A stretch of DNA of 57,663 nt from a virus (IMGVR_UViG_3300030331_004162:1-57663); one strand, 5' to 3'; shown: positions 1-8,117, numbered from the stretch's first letter. Numbers and translations: made by a program. Notes: generated by a model from the letters alone, not told the origin.

Positions 1-222
1 GGCGAAAAGTTCAACGCGAAGCCGCGCATCCGATTGTCCACGATTCACGGCACAAAGGGCGGCGAAGCAGAGAACGTGGTGATCCTGCCTGACCTGACTG
101 CCGCGGCCATGGAGGAAGGCGGCGATGATCTACACCGCGTTTTCTATGTGGGGGTCACCCGCACATTGAAAAACCTCTACATCCTTGAACCGGACGACTA
201 TCTAAGGGCCTATGCGTTATGA
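1..222 (+). CDS. UvrD/Rep-family SF1 helicase, C-terminal fragment (gene starts at 56881)
   Basis: Frame 1 is open from base 1 (GEKFNAKPRIRLSTIHGTKGGEAENV...FYVGVTR), giving SF1 motifs V and VI. Confidence 0.9.
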   Translation, partial: GEKFNAKPRIRLSTIHGTKGGEAENVVILPDLTAAAMEEGGDDLHRVFYVGVTRTLKNLYILEPDDYLRAYAL

Positions 223-377
223 AAAAGGAAACCGAAATGAGTCACACCCCGTGTCCCAAGTGCAAGAACAAAGCTGAAGAGATCATTCTTGCCTCAGAGA
301 ATAAGCGTGTGGGTTGGTGGTGCAGAGCCTGCGGCCACTTTGAAAAAGCCATCCTAAGAGAGAGGAAAGTGGCATGA
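219..377 (+). CDS. small zinc-ribbon protein (52 aa)
   Basis: Own translation MKKETEMSHTPCPKC...WWCRACGHFEK with two CxxC pairs; ATGA overlaps with both neighbours. Confidence 0.7.
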   Translation: MKKETEMSHTPCPKCKNKAEEIILASENKRVGWWCRACGHFEKAILRERKVA

Positions 378-2275
378 CAAAACTACAGATGGCGATGTTC
401 CCGCCCAAATCCGATTGGGTGCCCCCCGTAGAGCTACCGGATATCTTTGACGCTGACGAAATAGCCATAGACGTTGAAACACGCGACCCGAACCTCAAGC
501 AGAAGGGGCCGGGCTGGCCAACGAAGGACGGCGAGGTGGTGGGCTATGCAATAGCGGTAGGCGGCTGGAAATGCTACATCCCAGTGGGCCATGCAGGCGG
601 CGGCAACCTAGACAAGCGTATTGTCAGCAAATGGCTCAAAAAGGTCTTTGAGTGCCCTGCCGACAAGATCATGCACAACGCCCAGTACGATCTCGGCTGG
701 CTACGTGCAGAGGGCTTCGAGGTCAAAGGCCGCGTGATCGATACCATGATCACCGCCAGCTTGATTGACGAAAACCGCTTCAGCTACAGCCTGAATGCAC
801 TGTGTTACGACTACCTCGGCAAGACGAAGTCTGAGAAGACACTGGTAGAGGCCGCAAAGGAGTTTGGCGTGGACCCCAAGGGCGAGATGTGGAAGCTTCC
901 CGCCATGTATGTAGGGCCTTATGCAGAGACAGACGCAGAGATTACGCTGGAGCTATGGAATCACTTCAAAACCCTGCTGAACCGTGAAGACCTGTGGGAC
1001 GTGTGGAATTTAGAGATTCGCCTGCTCCCGCATCTTGTCGAAATGACCAAGCGCGGCATACGGGTAGACTTGGACCGCGCTGAACGAACCAAGCAAGTCC
1101 TGATTAAGCAAGAGAAAGAAGCTCTCAAACAAATCAAGGCGCTGGCAGGCACGGATGTAGAAATCTGGGCGGCACAATCTATCGCCAAAGCTTTTGACAA
1201 ACTGAGTATTCCGTACCCCAGCACAGAAAAAGGGTCACCCAGCTTTACCAAATCGTTCCTGTCGGAACATAACCACGACCTCGCCAAGTGGATCGTCAAA
1301 GCCCGCAACCTCAACAAGACTAGCGGCTCGTTTATCGATGGCATTCTGAAATACGTACATGACGGCAGGATTCATAGCCACATCAACCAGCTACGGTCAG
1401 ACGACGGAGGAACCGTCTCAGGCCGCATCTCCATGAACTCGCCCAACCTGCAACAGATACCGGCCCGCGATCCAGAGCTAGGCCCCATGATCCGCTCGCT
1501 ATTCTTACCAGAAGAAGGCCAGCAGTGGGCGGCTATCGACTTCTCGCAACAGGAACCACGGATCTTGGTGCACTTTGCCAAGAACTACGGCGATTACAAA
1601 GGTATGCCGCTGGAGGGCGTCGAGGCTTTTGTGGATGCGTACCGAAACGATCCCAACATGGACTTTCACACCATGGTCAGCGAGATGGCCCGCATCCCCC
1701 GTAAGCAAGCCAAGGTCATCAACCTCGGCATGATGTATGGGATGGGTGTCAATAAATTGTCAGATCAACTGGATGTCAGTGTGGACGAAGCCAAAGCCCT
1801 GACCCAGCAATATCACAAGCGCGTTCCCTTCGTAAAAGGACTCATGAAAGGCGTACAGAAGAAACTGGAGGACCCGCGGTCATCCGGTAGTGTGCGGTCC
1901 CTGCGCGGCAGAAAGTGCCGCTTTGACCTTTGGGAGCCTGACGCGTTTGAGATGCACAAAGCCCTGCCTCGCGAAGAAGCGATCGCGGCTCACGGACCAA
2001 CGACCAGACTACGGCGGGCCTACACCTACAAAGCCTTGAACCGTCTGATCCAAGCGTCTGCCGCGGACATGACCAAGCAGGCCATGGTGGACGTGTGTGA
2101 AGCAGGGCACGTGCCAATGCTACAGGTGCATGACGAACTGGCCTTCTCAGTTGAGAGCAAAGACCACGCTCGAGAGCTTTCAGAAATCATGCAAAACGCC
2201 GTGCCGCTACAAGTTCCCAACAAATGTGACGTGGACTACGGGCCAAGTTGGGGTGAGGGTGAAGAGCTTGATTAA
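374..2275 (+). CDS. polA: DNA polymerase family A with 3'-5' exonuclease domain
   Basis: Exo I DVET, Exo II HNAQYD, motif A DFSQQEPR, motif B RKQAKVINLGMMYG, motif C QVHDEL. Confidence 0.97.
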   Translation: MTKLQMAMFPPKSDWVPPVELPDIFDADEIAIDVETRDPNLKQKGPGWPTKDGEVVGYAIAVGGWKCYIPVGHAGGGNLDKRIVSKWLKKVFECPADKIMHNAQYDLGWLRAEGFEVKGRVIDTMITASLIDENRFSYSLNALCYDYLGKTKSEKTLVEAAKEFGVDPKGEMWKLPAMYVGPYAETDAEITLELWNHFKTLLNREDLWDVWNLEIRLLPHLVEMTKRGIRVDLDRAERTKQVLIKQEKEALKQIKALAGTDVEIWAAQSIAKAFDKLSIPYPSTEKGSPSFTKSFLSEHNHDLAKWIVKARNLNKTSGSFIDGILKYVHDGRIHSHINQLRSDDGGTVSGRISMNSPNLQQIPARDPELGPMIRSLFLPEEGQQWAAIDFSQQEPRILVHFAKNYGDYKGMPLEGVEAFVDAYRNDPNMDFHTMVSEMARIPRKQAKVINLGMMYGMGVNKLSDQLDVSVDEAKALTQQYHKRVPFVKGLMKGVQKKLEDPRSSGSVRSLRGRKCRFDLWEPDAFEMHKALPREEAIAAHGPTTRLRRAYTYKALNRLIQASAADMTKQAMVDVCEAGHVPMLQVHDELAFSVESKDHARELSEIMQNAVPLQVPNKCDVDYGPSWGEGEELD

Positions 2276-2296
2276 TCTCATAACTATGCGTAGAAT
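2268..2296 (+). promoter_or_regulatory. sigma70-like promoter with inverted TCTCATA/TATGCG boxes in the spacer
   Basis: TTGATT-N17-TAGAAT; the ATG at 2305 is only 8 nt past the -10, so the mRNA would be nearly leaderless. Confidence 0.55.
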
Positions 2297-2304
2297 CGTA
2301 TAGC

Positions 2305-2733
2305 ATGGAATTGTACTGCTACCGCGCCCAAGTGCTACGCGTCATTGACGGGGACAGCCTGTCTCTGAACGTCCGGTTGGGATTTGACGTGTCCCTCAAA
2401 ATGAGCGTCCGCCTGTACGGCATCGATACTGCGGAAACGCGCAGGGTAAGCGGGGGCACTGAGGACCTCAAAGCATTAGGCCGCTTTGCCAAACAATTTG
2501 TGAGCAATCTGTTGCCCGTTGGCACAGAGGTGACCATCCGGACCACATTAGATTCCAAAGGTAAATTTGGCAGGGTGTTGGCCACCGTCATGATTGACGG
2601 CGACGAAGACTCGTTAAACGACTTCATGGTAGCGCAACGACTAGCTATCCCGTACTACGGACAGAACAAGAAACTCACCCTCGAGCAACACAAAATGTGT
2701 GTAGCTCACCATAGAAAACTTGGTAATATCTAG
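2305..2733 (+). CDS. thermonuclease (SNase-like) family nuclease
   Basis: RVIDGDS, VRLYGIDTAETR and KGKFGRVLA motifs. Confidence 0.88.
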   Translation: MELYCYRAQVLRVIDGDSLSLNVRLGFDVSLKMSVRLYGIDTAETRRVSGGTEDLKALGRFAKQFVSNLLPVGTEVTIRTTLDSKGKFGRVLATVMIDGDEDSLNDFMVAQRLAIPYYGQNKKLTLEQHKMCVAHHRKLGNI

Positions 2734-2742
2734 GAGAATCAA

Positions 2743-2973
2743 ATGGATACAACCAAATGGAAATCCACTTTGTTACCTCGAGACGTGTACGAGGAAGTGG
2801 TGGTCATTGCCCGCGTCGAAGGCCGCACGATTAGCGGACAACTGCGCTACATCATTGAGCAATGGAAGATGCAGAATCTGTCCAATCGTGATCAGGAGTA
2901 CATCTCTGAGCAGGTGGACACATTCAAGAAAGAGAACGACACCCCTTTGAGTTCCAAGAGCTTTAGCATATGA
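2743..2973 (+). CDS. small DNA-binding protein, ribbon-helix-helix-like (candidate regulator)
   Basis: WKSTLLPRDVYEEVVVIARVEGRTISGQLRYII fits a strand-helix-helix pattern; GGAG SD. Confidence 0.6.
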   Translation: MDTTKWKSTLLPRDVYEEVVVIARVEGRTISGQLRYIIEQWKMQNLSNRDQEYISEQVDTFKKENDTPLSSKSFSI

Positions 2974-3149
2974 CCATTCAGCAAGAGTTCGATAAAGCTT
3001 TGAAAAAGTTTGAAGAGGACTTTGCAAACGGTACGGTGTCCAAGGATCAGTTCGACAAGCTGGAAGTCTGGCAACAATTGCTCCAAGCTAAAGGTGAAGC
3101 GGAGCGGGAACATAATGCAAAAGATATTAATAACCCAAGAAGAAATTGA
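2970..3149 (+). CDS. hypothetical protein (59 aa)
   Basis: Own translation MTIQQEFDKALKKFEEDF...; ATGA coupling to the upstream gene. Confidence 0.6.
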   Translation: MTIQQEFDKALKKFEEDFANGTVSKDQFDKLEVWQQLLQAKGEAEREHNAKDINNPRRN

Positions 3150-3288
3150 AGACGTGCTTATTTCAATACAAGCCGGACAGCAAACCGCTAACCGTCTTAA
3201 ACAGCCCATAGCTATTCAAAAAGATCTGTCCATTACGCCTTTGTCAGAGGCGACCATGGAGGTTCTTGAAATCATCCGACCTGAGTGA
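3115..3288 (+). CDS. hypothetical protein (57 aa)
   Basis: Internal ATG of ORF 3010-3288, preceded by GGAGCGGGA. Confidence 0.55.
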   Translation: MQKILITQEEIEDVLISIQAGQQTANRLKQPIAIQKDLSITPLSEATMEVLEIIRPE

Positions 3289-3294
3289 TAGGTT
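3266..3294 (+). promoter_or_regulatory. sigma70 extended -10 promoter driving the candidate sRNA
   Basis: TTGAAA (3266-3271), N17, TG-a-TAGGTT (3289-3294). Confidence 0.6.
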
Positions 3295-3300
3295 GGCATT

Positions 3301-3425
3301 CCGCGATAACCTCTCATGGGGGGTAATCGTCGGACTCCTAAGAGATATTAGGGATTAACCATAGTTTTCTCCAAAGTGACTGCAAAATGATGATCCCGAC
3401 CCGGCCCCAGAGCCGGGTTTTTTTT
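3301..3425 (+). ncRNA. candidate trans-acting antisense sRNA (anti-Shine-Dalgarno/leader)
   Basis: Promoter upstream; hairpins at 3301-3333 and 3336-3353; unpaired CCATAGTTTTCTCCAAAGTGACTGCAAAAT complementary to cassette leaders; ends in an intrinsic terminator. Confidence 0.62.
3399..3425 (+). terminator. intrinsic terminator
   Basis: ACCCGGC-loop-GCCGGGT followed by a T run. Confidence 0.88.
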
Positions 3426-3452
3426 GCGCGGCTTCTGCATATATGTTAGTTT
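3424..3452 (+). promoter_or_regulatory. putative sigma70 promoter
   Basis: TTGCGC-N17-TG-t-TAGTTT, followed by a TATGAGA box. Confidence 0.45.
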
Positions 3453-3487
3453 ATGAGAACCATCGTACACCGATACAGGAGAGCGTG

Positions 3488-3706
3488 ATGGCTAAAAAGC
3501 GAGCAAGAACCAAGACTGGTCAGTTTGTGGCAGATGACCCGAACACGCCAGAGAACGAGGCGTGGGTTACAGTGGGCGGCGTCGAAGCGTCAGGGACCAC
3601 GGACAACGAAGCAAAGCCCGAGAAATTCAAGCCGATGACATGGAAAGAGTACGCCATCCTTGGTGGTATCCTTTTGATTATGAGCTTGGTAGGCATAACT
3701 GGGTGA
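3488..3706 (+). CDS. small membrane-anchored phage protein
   Basis: RARTKTGQFVADDPNTPENEAW motif recurrent in marine phage proteins; C-terminal hydrophobic helix; AGGAG SD. Confidence 0.7.
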   Translation: MAKKRARTKTGQFVADDPNTPENEAWVTVGGVEASGTTDNEAKPEKFKPMTWKEYAILGGILLIMSLVGITG

Positions 3707-4041
3707 GAGAAACCACAATCATTATAGACATTTCAGCTTTACACCCTGACCATTACCCTCGGATAAAGAAGATGCTGAAAAACTTGAAGCTAAAACGAGT
3801 AAAACTTTATGTCGTTGACTTGATCGACGGTATGTCTATTGCGCTAAACATTTTATTTGGCGGAAACCCTGCGGAAACAATATCCAGCCGCGCTTTCCGG
3901 ACCACTGAAAGTTGTTTTTGGAGAATCCTCCGCAGAATACTCGACACGCTACTTACGCCACGGGCAGACAATCATTGCTGTAAGTCTTACAATCGTTGCC
4001 TCGAAAGGTCCAAAGCCTTATTAGGCAACAGGTTTAGATGA
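3703..4041 (+). CDS. conserved phage hypothetical protein
   Basis: LNILFGGNPAETISSRA motif; GTGA overlap start (start uncertain). Confidence 0.6.
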   Translation: MRETTIIIDISALHPDHYPRIKKMLKNLKLKRVKLYVVDLIDGMSIALNILFGGNPAETISSRAFRTTESCFWRILRRILDTLLTPRADNHCCKSYNRCLERSKALLGNRFR

Positions 4042-4316
4042 GCGATAAAAAGTTAGTGACCACTAACCAGCGTCGAGAGATTGCCCAGTTGTTGGAAGAC
4101 GATCAGGCTTTCCTCGACTTTGTCATAAACGAAACCACAAATGACTCATGGCTGGGGGATGAAACCTGTAAGAGCATGATGAAAATCCTGTCCGCCGAAA
4201 GCGAGCAGGAGTTCTTTTCGGGGCTGTGCCACATGGGCTTTGAAATCTACACCGACTATCTCCTCGAGAAGCATCAGGACTATTTGAACTCGGCCCACGG
4301 GTCCATGCTCCATTGA
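4038..4316 (+). CDS. hypothetical protein
   Basis: 92-aa ORF with ATGA coupling. Confidence 0.65.
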   Translation: MSDKKLVTTNQRREIAQLLEDDQAFLDFVINETTNDSWLGDETCKSMMKILSAESEQEFFSGLCHMGFEIYTDYLLEKHQDYLNSAHGSMLH

Positions 4317-4576
4317 TGCAACCCTGCCCGGAAGACTACGTCCGGTGCTACACCCCCGAAGAATGGGACGACCTCCAGTTCCTGCTCGAAGAAAACGACA
4401 TAGCCTATGACGTAGGCCCCATGGGGGACGTAGAGTCCGCCATCCACTTCACGTGGGAGCTTCTGTTCCTGTCCCCATGGGAACTAGCCTACATCTCCAT
4501 ACCCATGACCGTCATAGCCTTTTACGTGCTGACTATCTACAGCGCCTTCAAATACATCCAACGCAAGTTTCGATAG
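4313..4576 (+). CDS. hypothetical membrane protein
   Basis: Acidic N-terminus and C-terminal TM segment; coupled to the upstream gene. Confidence 0.65.
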   Translation: MMQPCPEDYVRCYTPEEWDDLQFLLEENDIAYDVGPMGDVESAIHFTWELLFLSPWELAYISIPMTVIAFYVLTIYSAFKYIQRKFR

Positions 4577-4612
4577 AAAACCAAAACGCAACCCTTTCCG
4601 TTTTTCTATCAT

Positions 4613-4641
4613 TTGACTATGAGAGTAATCCTCTGTAAGGT
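4613..4641 (+). promoter_or_regulatory. sigma70 promoter with TATGAGAGT box
   Basis: TTGACT-N17-TAAGGT; near-duplicate of the 4874 promoter. Confidence 0.65.
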
Positions 4642-4647
4642 GCGAAT

Positions 4648-4780
4648 GGGCTCTCGCAACCTCTTTTGGGTAGGACAAGGTTGCACCTACACAGCCTTGT
4701 CCCAGTGGGTTTATTCATTGTCCCACGCCCAACCGGTCTTGGCTGTGGTCGGTTGCAACACCTAGTCTGTGCGTTTTTTG
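4648..4780 (+). ncRNA. candidate structured non-coding RNA
   Basis: Nested stems 4656-61/4751-56, 4666-71/4727-32, 4673-83/4692-4702 (11 bp) and 4705-09/4722-26; no convincing ORF; 3' end uncertain. Confidence 0.45.
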
Positions 4781-4873
4781 TTGTTGGACGTGTCTACAAA
4801 AAATGTATTAATGCGAGGCGAGGGTCAAAGTCATAAAGTACTCGTAAAGACTAGGGCACAGCTTTTCTACCAT

Positions 4874-4903
4874 TTGACGTATGAGAGTAAAGCGTGGTAA
4901 AAT
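4874..4903 (+). promoter_or_regulatory. sigma70 promoter with TATGAGAGT box
   Basis: TTGACG-N18-TG-g-TAAAAT. Confidence 0.7.
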
Positions 4904-4928
4904 GTTTTATGGCTACTAGGAGAAAGCT

Positions 4929-5126
4929 ATGAAATTAACTTATCGAAAAGCCCTCAATAGAGGCTGGGAACCCGTGCTATACCACACGGACAACGGACAA
5001 CGGGCCGCCGCGATTATGAAGCGGGGCCGTAAATGGATGGAGATCATGTGGGCAGACGGTTCCAAGAAACGTGTGCAACTTGCCGAAGAACGATACATGC
5101 GCCCCATGACCAGTAAGCGGGGGTGA
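4929..5126 (+). CDS. hypothetical basic protein
   Basis: AGGAG SD; downstream of a promoter. Confidence 0.7.
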   Translation: MKLTYRKALNRGWEPVLYHTDNGQRAAAIMKRGRKWMEIMWADGSKKRVQLAEERYMRPMTSKRG

Positions 5127-6106
5127 TGACCATGCAACGTCCAGATCGCGAAATCATTCGTCTTTTAGACAAAAAAATGAAAAAAGGTGGTGGACCTTGG
5201 CGGGGCTGGGGAAAGGCTCTTAACTTGCCCCTTATTTCTTTAACAGAGCCTCTTTTTTTTGATGGCCCTGTAGGCGTCCACCTAAAAAAAACTTTTAACA
5301 TGGACCCAAAAAAGCCTTTTGAAAATAAAGACGGCACTTTTAATTTCCCGGATGAAGCCGTGCTTGAACCGGTTGAACCCGTCTTTGATGAGTTTGTTTT
5401 TCATTGCAAAGATAAGGTCCGGCTTACGGGAGAAAAGGATGAATTAATCGTAACTCAATGGGGCATATTTTTAGACCCGGCAAAGCATATTTCAGCGTTT
5501 AAAAATTTACGGATTGATCACCCTCAAAAGTGCAGTACAGCTTGTAAGTATTTGTCTTTAGTCGTTCAGTACGAAGATCGGCCTGAATCTGTTTTTACAT
5601 GGCAGGGGCTGGTTGATGGAGTGATGAATGATGAGGGAGAAATTGAAGAAGTAGCTATTCCGAATGACGCATCTAAGGAATATTGGGGAACTAAGATAGC
5701 TGGCTTAAATACACACGCGGTAGCGTCCTATGTAAAAGCAGGAATGGTCTGGCATTACGCAAAGTACGGTGATAAGCACATCGTCGAGGTAGTGCCCACC
5801 AAGCCCAAAGCCCAGAAGAAAAGCTCCCTGTACAAAAACCGACCATGGCTCACGGCCAGCGGACCACACATCCTTTTCCTTGACCGGATGCCCACCACGC
5901 AGAAAGCAGGGACCGGCACCCACGCTTCACCTAAGCCACACCGCCGCAGAGGCCACTGGAAGACGCTGAGTCACCCACGGTACAGGCACCACCCCCAGTA
6001 TCAACAAAAGATTTACGTCAAACCCAGCTTCGTAGGACCCCGGCAAACCACCTATGAAGGTAATATCTACCGGCTCGTACAGCCATTAGAAGAGAGACTA
6101 TCGTGA
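5123..6106 (+). CDS. hypothetical protein with C-terminal HxRRGHW domain
   Basis: 327-aa ORF containing HASPKPHRRRGHWK...IYVKPSFVG, a motif seen in many uncharacterised phage proteins. Confidence 0.75.
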   Translation: MMTMQRPDREIIRLLDKKMKKGGGPWRGWGKALNLPLISLTEPLFFDGPVGVHLKKTFNMDPKKPFENKDGTFNFPDEAVLEPVEPVFDEFVFHCKDKVRLTGEKDELIVTQWGIFLDPAKHISAFKNLRIDHPQKCSTACKYLSLVVQYEDRPESVFTWQGLVDGVMNDEGEIEEVAIPNDASKEYWGTKIAGLNTHAVASYVKAGMVWHYAKYGDKHIVEVVPTKPKAQKKSSLYKNRPWLTASGPHILFLDRMPTTQKAGTGTHASPKPHRRRGHWKTLSHPRYRHHPQYQQKIYVKPSFVGPRQTTYEGNIYRLVQPLEERLS

Positions 6107-6480
6107 TGGAAGCTACCGTACTGCTCAAAGTCCTTGAAGAAACCGACAGGTGTACCCTGTCCTTCGACATGGATGATTTTAAGTTTCTGTCGCACACCAG
6201 CATGGCCGCTTTTTTCTGGGAGCAAGAGGGTCGTTTTGAAGTCCTGCGGTCCTCCGAAGGTGAAGTGACCCATGACGAAGACATACCCCGAGAAGGTAAA
6301 GACGGCTGGTACATGTACTGGGTAGGTAATGGCAGTGGAGGGGGCGAGGCAGATGCTCTACTCGCTTGGAAAATCCTACTCAGCCAAGGTTATGACGGTT
6401 ACCTCTTATGGGATTGTGCCGAAGACGGAATACGTGACGGATGTCATGTGATCCTGACGGAGTATGTCGGTTATGGCTGA
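6103..6480 (+). CDS. hypothetical protein
   Basis: 125-aa ORF overlapping its neighbours in operon fashion. Confidence 0.65.
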   Translation: MMEATVLLKVLEETDRCTLSFDMDDFKFLSHTSMAAFFWEQEGRFEVLRSSEGEVTHDEDIPREGKDGWYMYWVGNGSGGGEADALLAWKILLSQGYDGYLLWDCAEDGIRDGCHVILTEYVGYG

Positions 6481-7147
6481 TCTTAAAAAATATCGTCATA
6501 TTATTACTGATGGGATGTGGGCTGGAAATAAATACATCCCACGTCCCAAAAAGCATCGTCCGTTAAAACGCCGTAAGCCGCGCGTACTTAGACTTCAAGA
6601 TAAATATGTCGATGAACTGGTTCGCCTCAACAACGAATGCACCTACGACTACGATACACCCTGTCTGGAAAACTTTGAGCCCAGCAGAGACTTGGTCTAC
6701 AGCTACGGAGAACTGGTGGACTGCGAAGATGTACGTAGATACGACAACCGTGGGCGGCCTCGGTTTGAAGATGATGGTCTGAGGAAAAAAGGTAAACCAA
6801 AAGGCCGTCCACATAAAAGAAAGTACAAACGACCTGAAGAACTGAACATCAGACCGCGTATGCCCGAGCAGGCGCGGTGGGTCAGGCGGAAAGAAGATGA
6901 TGCCACGGAACACGGGCCACGGGGCCTCGAGGCGGGCGTTATCAGGGCCACCAAAGAAAAGAGTCTGGAGCAGGTGCGCGAGGAACGGCTCTTGCTTCAC
7001 AGGTCAGCGTCCGCGGCACAGAAGCGTTGGAAGGAGCGACGGCTGAAGCAGAGGATGATAGTCAGAGAGATCAAGCGGCTGGTAGACGAAAATGAAATAG
7101 CCGAAGCTCGGAAATACTACGAACTCTTAAAACGCCTTTTTATATAG
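6473..7147 (+). CDS. hypothetical Arg/Lys-rich protein
   Basis: Long ORF; GGAG SD upstream of the ATG at 6473 (alternative start 6464). Confidence 0.6.
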   Translation: MADLKKYRHIITDGMWAGNKYIPRPKKHRPLKRRKPRVLRLQDKYVDELVRLNNECTYDYDTPCLENFEPSRDLVYSYGELVDCEDVRRYDNRGRPRFEDDGLRKKGKPKGRPHKRKYKRPEELNIRPRMPEQARWVRRKEDDATEHGPRGLEAGVIRATKEKSLEQVREERLLLHRSASAAQKRWKERRLKQRMIVREIKRLVDENEIAEARKYYELLKRLFI

Positions 7148-7375
7148 TGTTTTCCCAGAGAAATAAAAAAATAAAAAATAAAATTGAAAAATGGCGGGAC
7201 CGGCGGGACCGGCGGGACGCGGCTCTGGGGGCCGCATAAATACTGGGTTCTTGAGGTCCCGTCAGGGTCCCGTTGGTCACATTTTTGATTTCGAGAGCGC
7301 TTAATCAAGCTATGTCTATAAGGGCTTTTGAGTTTTGAAAAAAATATTTTTGTTTTTCTGTAGAAATACTATATA
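7141..7375. repeat. dyad-symmetric iteron region; candidate replication origin or pac site
   Basis: Three GGCGGGAC(C) copies at 7193-7218, two inverted GGTCCCGT at 7255 and 7266, flanked by AT-rich imperfect inverted repeats 7141-7169/7347-7375. Confidence 0.6.
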
Positions 7376-7427
7376 GATCGGGCTTTTTAAGCTAAGTTAT
7401 CGCAACTTACTCGGATACGGAGGCCCC

Positions 7428-8117
7428 ATGGCCAAGAACAGATACGCCAATGTTTTGGACACCAAAGCGGCGGCTTTGCCGGAAGCAAAGCGCCAGCAGA
7501 CTAACCGACCCCCTTTGGCAGAGAAGCGTTTGACCCGCAGGCAGGAACTGTTTGTACGTGAGCTTGTAGCGAAGGACGGGCAGATCACCATGCGGGAAGC
7601 GGCCATCAATGCGGGCTACCCTGAGAAGTCTGCTCATGTCCGCGCTTCTGAGCTAACCAACCCCCGCATTTCTCCCCATGTGTGCAGAGCCATTCGCGAA
7701 TACCGGCAGGAGCTTGATCAGAAGTACGGCGTGGAATACCAGCGCCACCTGAGAGATCTGCAAATCATTCGGGATGCCGCCCTCGAGCAAGGCGCGTTCA
7801 GTGCGGCAGTGCAGGCTGAGTACCGCAGGGGTCAGGCGCAGGGTGACATCTACGTTAGCAAGACAGAGATTCGTCACGGCACGATTGAGCAAATGAGCAA
7901 AGAAGAGGTCATGAAAGCTTTGAACGAACTGAAGCAGACCTATGCCCCTTTGACCCATGACGCGGGGGCAGAGGATGCTGGCAATCGAAAACGCGCTCGA
8001 GAGCGTTTAGCGGAGGAAACAGATGGACATACTGGACGGGAAGCCGAAGACCAAGAAACAGAGGGAGGCGAGCTTCTGGCAGTCTCTGAAAAAAGCGATG
8101 AGGGACAACTTTCCTGA
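7428..8117 (+). CDS. terS: terminase small subunit
   Basis: LTRRQELFVRELV...EAAINAGYPEKSAHVRASEL, an HTH typical of TerS; GGAGG SD. Confidence 0.85.
   Translation: MAKNRYANVLDTKAAALPEAKRQQTNRPPLAEKRLTRRQELFVRELVAKDGQITMREAAINAGYPEKSAHVRASELTNPRISPHVCRAIREYRQELDQKYGVEYQRHLRDLQIIRDAALEQGAFSAAVQAEYRRGQAQGDIYVSKTEIRHGTIEQMSKEEVMKALNELKQTYAPLTHDAGAEDAGNRKRARERLAEETDGHTGREAEDQETEGGELLAVSEKSDEGQLS

Noticed and set aside
3312-3362. Minus-strand 16-codon ORF with a good SD
   Set aside because: It is very short, and the promoter and terminator both point the plus way; kept only as an alternative explanation of the sRNA seed.
4648-4760. tRNA or known ribozyme
   Set aside because: No T-loop GTTCRA, no cloverleaf arm sizes and no hammerhead CUGAnGA/GAAA core.
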